The translations under genes and the position numbers were made by a program. A DNA stretch of 45,110 nt from Oscillospiraceae bacterium. Its GTDB lineage: Bacteria > Bacillota > Clostridia > Oscillospirales > Ruminococcaceae. The notes beneath the pieces were generated by a model. That model saw only the letters and a list, made by a program, of their open reading frames with translations. It did not search any database and was not told the DNA's origin. Location of the stretch: NCBI GenBank assembly GCA_045644905.1, contig JAZRHT010000161.1, forward strand, positions 1-45,110, read 5' to 3'. Positions 15,924-24,225 of this stretch are shown piece after piece (the first letter of the stretch is position 1; each line of letters opens with the position of its first letter).

Positions 15924-18317
15924 TTAAATTTTAAAGTTTCGGAACATAGGCACAACACAAACGGCGAAAAGCCAGAACATCTGATATAGCACAATGGCGC
16001 CAAGAGGAAGATTTACGCTTCCTGCAACCACCGTGAAAAATCCCATAAGAGCGAAGGCTAATATCACTCCAACGGTCTGCAGACAGACAGCGAGGGTTGC
16101 AATGGATTTTAAGCGAATAGAGGCATAAATACTCTGCACAAACGCCGAAAAACTCGAAATACTTGCAACACCACTATTTTCCCTACTGCTCGGACGAAGC
16201 AGTCTCTCAGTTTCGCCCTGCTTATCTGCAGGAACGGTTCTGATCATTTCTAAATCAACGTCAAAGATTTTAGCGATTTTCTCGGAATTTATATTGGGGT
16301 CGGTTGAAGCGACGACAACACCGATACCGAGAGCCTTAAGTGCACGCATAGCCTTTTTAATCTGAACACCGGGCTTATATTGAATAAGGAACACAGCAAC
16401 AAGCTGACCCGATTCCGCGAGGTAGACCATATCCATGCCACTGTTTAGATATCTATCCTCATAATCCTTTGATGGAACATCAATTCCATGGTTACTGATA
16501 AGTTCACGGTTTCCAATAAGTATTCTCTTTGAATCGACCCATGCGCTAAGGCCCATAGACTCTTCGTAAACTATACTGTCAACTTCACGCAGTAGGTCAC
16601 GTCTTCCGCCGATAACCGAAAGGAAAACCTCGGAAAGATCGCTCTCAGCACGAATTACAACGCTTGCGGCATCTAAGATAACATCGTCAATTTTACCTGC
16701 GGCAAAGGTTTTAATTGCGCTAAGCTGAATAGAGCCTTTTGGGAAAAGATCGGCAGATTTAACAAGGACACAATTTGTGTCGTACACCTCATTGCATGCT
16801 GCAAGACCGGAAATCATAGTTCCTCGAGAAATAAGCTTTTTAGCAGCTCTCATAAGAGGAAGGTTTACACAAAGCATTGCAGAAACTGGAGCGCAAATAA
16901 CTGTGGTGGCAGAAAGGGTTGAAACCGCCTTCTGCAAATCTCTCTCGAATACAAAGCTTATAACTCCTAAAATAATCGCTCCAAAAAGCAGAATGGGAGA
17001 AAGGAACTTACTGATATTATCAGAGATATCCTCACGATAGGAGTAACCTAAGAAACCGCCAATAAAATCAGTCTTTTTAGGAACAGAAACACCTGCATAG
17101 GTGGTATCAAACTGTTCTTTAACGAAGTTATCAAGTCTTTCGCTTTCAGCGGAGATTACCGCATATTTTTCATAGCCACCTGAAACGAAACGGAAGTTTA
17201 GCTTTACTCTTTTAATGATAAGAAGCTTTCCGATTGTATTAAAGAGCATACTTAAAATAGCAATAAAGCCGTAAACGAAAATGGTGTTCCTTTGGCCTGC
17301 GATATACGAAGGCGACGCAAACAATACCACGTACTGTGCCGCAGCACCAAGGCTTGCAACTGAAAGCAGTGAATCTCCATCAGACTTAAAGCCGAAGAGC
17401 GAGGATAATCCTCCAAAAACTGCAGGAGCGGAGACAAGAAGTGCCGCCACGAATACAAGCACACTAACAATCAGGTAAGAAAGCGGTTGCGCCGTACGAG
17501 AAAAAATATCGGGAATTGGTATTCTTAAGTAACTTCCAAGCTCAATATATGCGGAAAACAAACTAAGGGCCGAAAGAACGATAAGTCGCAGCGTAAGGCT
17601 TGCCTTAATTCCGGAAAGATCCTTTGCGATTGCAGTGGCTTCAGAGTAATCATTAAAGTCCTCGATGGTTTTAACGTCCCCTTCAGGTTCAATAGGCTCG
17701 GCTTCTGGTTCGTTTTCCTCTTCATCATCGCCAAAGAGAACGAATTTTTCAACCTTTTGCTTGCGGCTTTCACGGAACTCTACAAGATCCTGGTTTACAG
17801 ACTCCATTTTGGGCTCAGGCTCTGTGTTCTGCGTAATTCCGAAGGGTTCCATCTGAATGGTTGCATCCTCAAAAGCCGCCTTACTCGGAACAATTTTTTC
17901 TTCCTCGATAAAGGACTCTTTTTCTTCTTCCTCGTAATTAATTTTAACCTTAAAATTCTCAGTTTTCTCTGCCCTTTTAACAACCTCAGCTTTATCAAAG
18001 GTGATTGTGTCACCACTGGGTTTCTTCGGCTCTTCTTTTTTCTCGGAAACCTTCGCTTCTGCCACAGGCTCTGACTTTACTTCAGGCTTCACCTCTTTTT
18101 TAGGCTCGGGCTTAGGCTCTGGTTTAGTTTCTGCCTTTGGCTCCGTATTAGGTTGAGGCTTAGGTTCCTCTTTGATAGTAGGCTTTGCCGTCTCGGCAGG
18201 TTTCTTGCCGAGGATTTCCTCCATTATTTTCGAAAACTCATCGTCCGAAGTTTTAGCGGCGTTCTTTTTATTTTCAAGCTCGCTGAGTATATCATCAACC
18301 GAATATTTGTTATTCAA
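15924..18317 (-). CDS. Multi-pass membrane protein with degenerate P1B-type (heavy-metal) ATPase architecture and a long E/K/P-rich N-terminal region
   Basis: The C-terminal 550 aa follow the P-type ATPase order: TM helices, short loop, TM helices, P/N-domain-like region, TM helices. The signature motifs are replaced (see findings). The start is set to TTG 18317, with GGAGG 7 nt upstream and clear of the rlmB stop at 18337. The track start at 18377 overlaps rlmB. Confidence 0.7.
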   Translation of the reverse strand: MNNKYSVDDILSELENKKNAAKTSDDEFSKIMEEILGKKPAETAKPTIKEEPKPQPNTEPKAETKPEPKPEPKKEVKPEVKSEPVAEAKVSEKKEEPKKPSGDTITFDKAEVVKRAEKTENFKVKINYEEEEKESFIEEEKIVPSKAAFEDATIQMEPFGITQNTEPEPKMESVNQDLVEFRESRKQKVEKFVLFGDDEEENEPEAEPIEPEGDVKTIEDFNDYSEATAIAKDLSGIKASLTLRLIVLSALSLFSAYIELGSYLRIPIPDIFSRTAQPLSYLIVSVLVFVAALLVSAPAVFGGLSSLFGFKSDGDSLLSVASLGAAAQYVVLFASPSYIAGQRNTIFVYGFIAILSMLFNTIGKLLIIKRVKLNFRFVSGGYEKYAVISAESERLDNFVKEQFDTTYAGVSVPKKTDFIGGFLGYSYREDISDNISKFLSPILLFGAIILGVISFVFERDLQKAVSTLSATTVICAPVSAMLCVNLPLMRAAKKLISRGTMISGLAACNEVYDTNCVLVKSADLFPKGSIQLSAIKTFAAGKIDDVILDAASVVIRAESDLSEVFLSVIGGRRDLLREVDSIVYEESMGLSAWVDSKRILIGNRELISNHGIDVPSKDYEDRYLNSGMDMVYLAESGQLVAVFLIQYKPGVQIKKAMRALKALGIGVVVASTDPNINSEKIAKIFDVDLEMIRTVPADKQGETERLLRPSSRENSGVASISSFSAFVQSIYASIRLKSIATLAVCLQTVGVILAFALMGFFTVVAGSVNLPLGAIVLYQMFWLFAVCVVPMFRNFKI
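18018..18203 (-). repeat. Coding low-complexity tract (PEPK-like Pro/Glu/Lys repeats)
   Basis: Encodes KPAETAKPTIKEEPKPQPNTEPKAETKPEPKPEPKKEVKPEVKSEPVAEAKVSEKKEEPKKP. Confidence 0.8.
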
Positions 18318-18336
18318 TCTTCTTCCTCCTATCCGA

Positions 18337-19110
18337 TTATAAACGCTGGCGCGCGATTTCATACATAAGAATTCCACCTGCTACAGAAGCGTTTAAGGAA
18401 TTTACTTTCCCCTTCATAAACAGAGAAACCACAAAGTCACACTGTTTTAAAACAAGGTCGGAAATTCCTCTGCCCTCCGAGCCAATCACAAGGGCAACAG
18501 CTCCATCAAATTTGACATTACAGTAACACTCGCCTTTTGCCTCGGCTCCGTAAATCCAGACACCTTTATTTTTAAGGTCCTTAATGGTTTCAGTAAGGTT
18601 TGTAACCCTTGCAACCGCCATGTGCGAAAGAGCGCCCGCCGAGGTTTTGTAAACCGTTGCATTTGCGCCAACACTTCGTCTTTTAGGAATAATGACCCCG
18701 TGAACTCCGCAGGCTTCGGCTGTTCTTATAATGGCGCCGAGGTTGTGGGGGTCTTCAATCTGATCAGCAATAATGATAAAGGGCTTTTCGTCCCTATCCT
18801 CTGCAATCTTTAAAATATCATCAACGCTTACATATGTAACGGCCGAAGGCTGTGCTATAACGCCCTGATGAGCCATACCTCCCGAAAGATCAGAAAGCTT
18901 ACCTGCCTCCGCTTCCTTAACGATTACGTTATTCTTTTTGCAAAGGGAAAGAATCTCGTTTATGCTTCCGTGCAGTTCACCCTTTTGCACTGTTACAAAA
19001 TCAAGTTCTCTACCAGAGCGAAGCGCCTCCAAAACTGCATTTCTGCCGACAATATACGAGGGCTCGCGCTCGCTTTCACTTTCTCTCCTGAAGTTTTTTC
19101 TTTTATCCAT
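18337..19110 (-). CDS. rlmB: 23S rRNA (guanosine-2'-O-)-methyltransferase RlmB (SpoU/TrmH family)
   Basis: N-terminal substrate-binding segment IVGRNAVLEAL, then the SPOUT motifs DQIEDPHNLGAIIRTAEACGVHGVI, LVIGSEGRGI and SLNASVAGGILMYE. Confidence 0.85.
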   Translation of the reverse strand: MDKRKNFRRESESEREPSYIVGRNAVLEALRSGRELDFVTVQKGELHGSINEILSLCKKNNVIVKEAEAGKLSDLSGGMAHQGVIAQPSAVTYVSVDDILKIAEDRDEKPFIIIADQIEDPHNLGAIIRTAEACGVHGVIIPKRRSVGANATVYKTSAGALSHMAVARVTNLTETIKDLKNKGVWIYGAEAKGECYCNVKFDGAVALVIGSEGRGISDLVLKQCDFVVSLFMKGKVNSLNASVAGGILMYEIARQRL

Positions 19111-19197
19111 AACGTAACATCCTTATATGAAATCTCAAATAAAATTCTATATATTGACATTATATCATACTATAACACAAAATCCAATACTTTTTTT

Positions 19198-19479
19198 CTA
19201 TCTTATAATAAAATATGTTATTATTGCGCCTGCGCCCGAAACTGCAAAATATTTAAGAACAGAAAAAAGTCTTTTTACTCGGTCTGATTTCTTTTTTAAA
19301 GGCTTTTCATTTGCAATTTGGCTCCAATTTATATCGGAAATATACTCCTTTGCGTACTTATCGAGTTTCAGCTTTGAAAGCTCGTTATATTCCGCCGAAA
19401 CAACCAAAATAGCCTTTTCGAAATACTCATTTTCAGTGTTTAGAACTTCGATTATCTGCTTTTTTGCTCCTCTTATCAT
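19198..19479 (-). CDS. Hypothetical 93-aa tail-anchored protein
   Basis: ATG ORF co-directional with its neighbours. It has a charged helical N-terminal part and a C-terminal hydrophobic segment YFAVSGAGAIITYFII. I recognise no family. The overlapping 150-aa plus-strand ORF looks like low-complexity antisense. Confidence 0.45.
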   Translation of the reverse strand: MIRGAKKQIIEVLNTENEYFEKAILVVSAEYNELSKLKLDKYAKEYISDINWSQIANEKPLKKKSDRVKRLFSVLKYFAVSGAGAIITYFIIR

Positions 19480-19724
19480 AGCACTTACCTACCAATTTTC
19501 ATTTTATTATATTTTGGAGCAAAGACTTATAAAATATGCGGTTTTTCGCTGCAGAAAATTGTTTCTATACTTTTTGTAAATAAATTAGTTTACATAATTC
19601 GATGAATATTTTATTTTTTCTATGTGGAAAACACGGTGGAAAATGTGAAAAACCCTAATCTAATGCCATTTAAAATATTCATATCGAATGAATAATGGGA
19701 AATTATGTAAATCAACTTTTGGTA

Positions 19725-19761
19725 GAAAAAAGCCTGCCGAATTTTCCGGCAGGCTTTTTTA
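19725..19761. terminator. Intrinsic terminator (bidirectional form) after the membrane-protein gene
   Basis: Stem agcctgccg (19731-19739) / cggcaggct (19747-19755) with a 7-nt loop, flanked by AAAAAA and TTTTTT. Confidence 0.8.
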
Positions 19762-20460
19762 ATCCATTATTTTTTCAAAAACGCTATAAAATTTGCTTGA
19801 AATCGGTGTAAAGGAGAAAAACTTGTCAATTAGTTTTCCCCACATTGTTATAAGCGGTGTATTTAAAATAGTCATCGCAACTGTGCCGATTCCTATCATT
19901 TCAAGAGAAAATGTTCTGAATAGGCAAATCATCAAAACAATGCCTAAAGCGAGGAAGGAAATATCGTATATCCATTTTACTTTGTTTACAGAAATCTTTG
20001 ATTTTAACGAAAATTCTTTAACGACAAGCTCGTGAACTTCCTGTGGGAGATAGGTTCTTAGCATAAGCGCAATTGCAAGAGAAGTTATGCTCGTTCCAAT
20101 CGCAAAGAAAATCATTCTCTCAACTATACTCTCGCATGGTATAGGCTGTAATATTAGGTTCCAAAGGTCAACGAAAATTCCGTGTACAACCGCTGTAAAA
20201 AAGCACATTATATATTTTAGCTTAAATTTGCGCATAAATATGCTTAGAGCTATTATTAAGCTTCCTTGCACGAGATACTGCGACATTCCGAGAGTAAACC
20301 ACGGTATGAGCTGTGATATCTTAAGATACAATATATATCCCGGTGCGATCATCATTGACACACCGAAATCACATCTTACTGTTAAGCAAACGCCGAGAGC
20401 GCAGAATATAAGGCCAAAAAACCACGCCACTTCCCCGACCTTTGCTATTTTGTTTTTCAT
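19759..20460 (-). CDS. Polytopic membrane protein (possibly YczE/YitT-like; family uncertain)
   Basis: 233 aa with about 6 hydrophobic segments. The N-terminus WFFGLIFCALGVCLTVRCDFGVS resembles YczE-type proteins from memory. Its start abuts the upstream stop codon (TAAATG). Confidence 0.6.
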   Translation of the reverse strand: MKNKIAKVGEVAWFFGLIFCALGVCLTVRCDFGVSMMIAPGYILYLKISQLIPWFTLGMSQYLVQGSLIIALSIFMRKFKLKYIMCFFTAVVHGIFVDLWNLILQPIPCESIVERMIFFAIGTSITSLAIALMLRTYLPQEVHELVVKEFSLKSKISVNKVKWIYDISFLALGIVLMICLFRTFSLEMIGIGTVAMTILNTPLITMWGKLIDKFFSFTPISSKFYSVFEKIMD

Positions 20461-21162
20461 TTATTTTTCACCCGGCATTCTTGTTGTTAGATATTTTATT
20501 GCTCTTTCGATAGAATCCCTTGAATTTCCAAAATCGGCATTTTCGCCTGAGTTTCGATAGTCAAACATTGTTGTAAAATGATGCACATCGTCTCTGAGGC
20601 TTGAGATTGCATTTAATGTAAGCGTATCGACATCCTTTTCAAACTCGCTTCTCCATCTTGAAGAAACAAGCGGAGCTGAGAATGCGTGAAGCTCGCGGTA
20701 ATGAGCAAAGCAAATTTGCTCTTGCGCTCTAAATAGCTCTCTGAAATCCATTTCCTCACTGTAAAGCTTAGCTATGGTTGCATACATTCTCTCTTCTGCC
20801 CACTTAATGCGCTGACAGACAAAGCAGGTTTTCTTCTCAACATCCTTTGCCTTAATTTCCTTTTTGTCAGGGCGAGCTTTTTTCTTCTTAATATCCTTTG
20901 CCATCTCGTCAAGATGAGTTTCCATAATAAGAGCAAGCGGAAGTCTTGCGCGTCGGGATGCCATCATAAAGAAATGCTCCTTGCAGAAGCCGAGCTTGTT
21001 TGTATCAGTTCTGACATCGTCCTCCATCATAGCTGGTCCAAGAACATACTCGAGGCTTCTTTCCTCTAAAATATCTCTCAGACGGCAGATAGGACATCCG
21101 CATTTTTCCTCAAAAACTTCATTTACAGGAATTGTATAAATTCTTTCTCCCAAAAAAATCAC
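20461..21162 (-). CDS. Cys-rich hypothetical protein (two CxxC...C/H modules; probable Zn or Fe-S binding)
   Basis: CGCPIC...FCKEH in the first half and CFVCQ...CFAH in the second, separated by a Lys-rich linker. The start is GTG 21162, or TTG 21153 with AAGGTG 6 nt upstream. Confidence 0.6.
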   Translation of the reverse strand: MIFLGERIYTIPVNEVFEEKCGCPICRLRDILEERSLEYVLGPAMMEDDVRTDTNKLGFCKEHFFMMASRRARLPLALIMETHLDEMAKDIKKKKARPDKKEIKAKDVEKKTCFVCQRIKWAEERMYATIAKLYSEEMDFRELFRAQEQICFAHYRELHAFSAPLVSSRWRSEFEKDVDTLTLNAISSLRDDVHHFTTMFDYRNSGENADFGNSRDSIERAIKYLTTRMPGEK

Positions 21163-21246
21163 CTTATTTACAAAATTTACTGTTTTAATTATAACACAAA
21201 TTTGCTATAATGGAAGAAGAAATATGAAAAAATCGGAGGAAATTCG

Positions 21247-22077
21247 ATGAAATCTATAAAAGACTTTCCTGCCCGTCTTAAAATGCCGCCTAAGTTTAAT
21301 TTAAAACAGACCCTTGAATGTGGACAGTGTTTTCGCTTTACAGAGAATGAGGATGGCGTTTTCTGCGGTGTCGCGCTCAATAGAGAGCTTAAATTTAAAA
21401 TTCAGGGAGATACACTCTACATAAACTGCGAGCAAGAATTTGCAGATAAGTATGTTGCCGCCTATCTTAGCTTTGACGAGGACTATGACGCCATAAATTC
21501 TATTCTTGCAGAGGATAAAACCTTAAAGAGTGCCATAGAATATGCAGGTGGAATTAGAATACTAAGGCAGGAGCCTTGGGAAACGCTTTGCTCTTTTATC
21601 ATTTCGCAAAACAACAACATAAAACGAATTGCAGGAATAATCGATAGGCTTTGCGAGAATTTCGGAGAGGATATTGGGGGCGGAGCATTTTCTTTTCCGA
21701 GTGCAGAAAAGCTGTCTTCCCTTTCGGTAGAGGATTTAGCACCGCTTCGAAGCGGTTTTCGAGCTAAGTACATTATAGACGCTGCAAAAAAGGTTTATTC
21801 AGGCGAGGTAAACTTTGATGAAATTGAGAGAGCCGATCTTGACAATGCAAGAGAAATGCTTATGAAGATAAACGGGGTTGGTCCCAAGGTTGCGGACTGT
21901 GTTCTTCTTTTCGGCTTTCACAAGTTAGATGCATTCCCAAAAGACGTATGGATAAAGCGAATTATGGAAAACTATTATCCCCAAGGACTGCCCGAATTTG
22001 CAATAAAATACGGTGGAATTGCACAACAATATTTATTTCACTATATAAGAACAGCAGAATCTGTAAATAATGATTGA
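21247..22077 (+). CDS. ogg: 8-oxoguanine DNA glycosylase/AP lyase (Ogg, HhH-GPD superfamily)
   Basis: N-terminal LECGQCFRF and an HhH-GPD region INGVGPKVADCVLLFGFHKLDAFPKDVW carrying the catalytic Lys and Asp. RBS GGAGGA lies upstream. Confidence 0.8.
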   Translation: MKSIKDFPARLKMPPKFNLKQTLECGQCFRFTENEDGVFCGVALNRELKFKIQGDTLYINCEQEFADKYVAAYLSFDEDYDAINSILAEDKTLKSAIEYAGGIRILRQEPWETLCSFIISQNNNIKRIAGIIDRLCENFGEDIGGGAFSFPSAEKLSSLSVEDLAPLRSGFRAKYIIDAAKKVYSGEVNFDEIERADLDNAREMLMKINGVGPKVADCVLLFGFHKLDAFPKDVWIKRIMENYYPQGLPEFAIKYGGIAQQYLFHYIRTAESVNND

Positions 22078-22134
22078 TTTTTTATAAAAAATGTGATACA
22101 ATAAGATGTAAATTTTGTAAGGAGGTTCGCTTTT

Positions 22135-22488
22135 ATGGTAAAAATCGAAACACATCTCGGAGTAATTGAGATTTCCGGGGAATTCTTTGCCAATCTTGTT
22201 GGCTATGTCGCTTCCTCATGTTTCGGAGTTTCCGGAATGGCGACCAGCGGAACTGTTGACGGACTGAAGCAGCTCGTTTCAGTAAGAAGAACACTTGATA
22301 AGGGCGTGCGTGTTAAAGCTGTTGATAACAAGCTTGTTATTGACTTGCACATTATCGTTTCTTTCGGCGTTAACATTCCAGCCATTGTAAAAAGTATTGT
22401 CAATAAGGTTAAATACACCGTGGAGGACGCTACCGGTCTTGAAGTTTCCAAGGTCAACGTTTTTGTTGACGGAACATCCGATAGATAA
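22135..22488 (+). CDS. Asp23/Gls24-family envelope stress protein
   Basis: 117 aa with the Asp23-type sequence (ISGEFFANLVGYVASSCFGVSGMA...VNVFVDG). It is in the conserved position upstream of the DAK2 protein and recG. Confidence 0.8.
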   Translation: MVKIETHLGVIEISGEFFANLVGYVASSCFGVSGMATSGTVDGLKQLVSVRRTLDKGVRVKAVDNKLVIDLHIIVSFGVNIPAIVKSIVNKVKYTVEDATGLEVSKVNVFVDGTSDR

Positions 22489-22522
22489 GTTTGCCACGTA
22501 GGTTTTTAAGGAGAGTGCAATT

Positions 22523-24172
22523 GTGATTACAGGCTCTATATTTCGCGATGCGCTGATTAGCGGTGCTAATAATATTACCGCTCAAAAGCAGCAAATCGAC
22601 GAGCTCAACGTATTCCCCGTACCTGACGGAGACACAGGTACAAATATGTCAATGACTATAAATGCCGCAGCAAGAGAACTTGCTCGTCTTAGCGATGACT
22701 GCACCGTTGCAGATGCTGCTTCGACTGCCGCTTCTGCCCTTCTTCGTGGTGCACGAGGAAATTCGGGCGTTATTCTCTCGCTTATATTCAGAGGAATTGC
22801 AAAGGGTCTTGCAGGTTGCGAGAGCGCAACTGTAAAGGATGTTGCAAACGGTCTCGTTTCGGGAACCGAATCTGCTTATAAAGCGGTTATGAAGCCCACA
22901 GAGGGTACAATTCTTACTGTTATAAGACTTACTGCTAAAAGAGCATTAGCCTTCGCCGAGAAAAGCGATGATTTCGTAGCTTTCTGGGATTATGTTTGCA
23001 AATCGGCTAACGAGGCTCTTGCAAAGACTCCCGAGATACTCCCTGTTCTTAAAAAGGCAGGCGTAGTTGACGCAGGTGGCAAAGGTCTTTGTGTAATATT
23101 CGAGGGTATGCGCTCTGTTTTCCGTGACGGCGTTATTATTGCAGCACAGGAAAATTCTGCTGCATCCCCCAGCGTGCAGAAGGAAGCTAATCTTGCTCAG
23201 CTCGAGGAAGAAATTACATTTACCTACTGCACAGAGTTTATCGTTCAGAAAGACAAAAAGGTTACTCTTGATCCCCTCTCACTGAGAGCATATTTAGAGT
23301 CAATCGGTGACAGCGTTGTTGTGGTTGATGACGAGGACATTATCAAAGTTCACGTTCATACCGACAATCCCGGAAACGCACTTCAGCAGGGTCTTAAACA
23401 CGGTATGCTCACTAATATGAAGATTGAGAATATGCGCGAGCAGTTTGCCAATCGTGTTGAGGCAGAGGCTGCTGCCCCCGCCGCCCCCGAGTACGTTCCT
23501 GTTGATCCTAACGTTGAATTCGGATTTGTTTCCGTTTGCGCAGGCGAAGGCGTTTCTCAGTTATTCTCTGACCTCGGCGTTGACAAGATCGTCAGCGGCG
23601 GACAGACAATGAATCCCAGCACCGATGATATTTTAGCTGCAATTCAGTCTATCCCTGCTAAGACAGTTTTTGTTCTTCCTAACAACAAAAACATCATTAT
23701 GGCAGCTGAGCAGGCAGTTCCTCTTGCGGACCGCAAGGTTATGGTTCTCCACACTCGCACAATTCCTCAGGGTCTTTCGGCTATGCTCTGCTTTGATGAG
23801 AGCGCATCTGCCGAGGATAACCACATGGAAATGATGAGAGCCGCCGAGAATGTTGGCAGCGGACAGATTACATTTGCTGCTCGTGACTCTGACTATGAGG
23901 GCTACAACATCAAAGAAGGCGAGCTTTTATGCCTTGCTAACGGAAAGCTTTCATTCGTTGAAAAGGATCTTGAAAAGGCTGCTGTTAAGCTCATAAAATC
24001 ACTTCTTAAAAAGGAATCTGCCTTTATCACCATTCTTTATGGTGAGGGAGTTACAGAAGCTCAGGCCGAAGCTATGGTTGACGCTCTGCGCCTTAAGATT
24101 CCCGATAACATTGATATCTCTCTCGTTGAGGGCGGCCAGCCTGTTTATTACTATATTATTTCTGTTGAATAA
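22523..24172 (+). CDS. fakA: DAK2-domain protein YloV/FakA (fatty acid kinase ATP-binding subunit homologue)
   Basis: N-terminal DAK2 motif VFPVPDGDTGTNM, 549 aa, in the conserved asp23-yloV-recG synteny of Firmicutes. GTG start with AAGGAGAG 7 nt upstream. Confidence 0.8.
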   Translation: MITGSIFRDALISGANNITAQKQQIDELNVFPVPDGDTGTNMSMTINAAARELARLSDDCTVADAASTAASALLRGARGNSGVILSLIFRGIAKGLAGCESATVKDVANGLVSGTESAYKAVMKPTEGTILTVIRLTAKRALAFAEKSDDFVAFWDYVCKSANEALAKTPEILPVLKKAGVVDAGGKGLCVIFEGMRSVFRDGVIIAAQENSAASPSVQKEANLAQLEEEITFTYCTEFIVQKDKKVTLDPLSLRAYLESIGDSVVVVDDEDIIKVHVHTDNPGNALQQGLKHGMLTNMKIENMREQFANRVEAEAAAPAAPEYVPVDPNVEFGFVSVCAGEGVSQLFSDLGVDKIVSGGQTMNPSTDDILAAIQSIPAKTVFVLPNNKNIIMAAEQAVPLADRKVMVLHTRTIPQGLSAMLCFDESASAEDNHMEMMRAAENVGSGQITFAARDSDYEGYNIKEGELLCLANGKLSFVEKDLEKAAVKLIKSLLKKESAFITILYGEGVTEAQAEAMVDALRLKIPDNIDISLVEGGQPVYYYIISVE

Positions 24173-24180
24173 CTAAAATA

Positions 24181-24215
24181 GGGCGAGCGGAATAATCCGT
24201 TTCGCCCTTTATTTT
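24181..24215 (+). terminator. Intrinsic terminator (possibly partial) between fakA and recG
   Basis: Imperfect stem gggcgagcgga / tccgtttcgccc followed by TTTATTTT. Confidence 0.6.
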
Positions 24216-24225
24216 AAAAAAGGAG

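Noticed and set aside
19127-19579. 150-aa plus-strand ORF
   Set aside because: It has an F/Y/I/L/S-rich composition typical of antisense or AT-rich noise, and no RBS. It overlaps a more plausible minus-strand ORF and the rlmB promoter region.
19622-19648. Mini-ORF ATG TGG AAA ACA CGG TGG AAA ATG TGA (MWKTRWKM) as a possible Trp-sensing leader peptide
   Set aside because: It has no RBS, no Trp-related gene nearby and no alternative terminator/antiterminator pairing that I could see. The Trp codons arise from the GTGGAAAA direct repeat.
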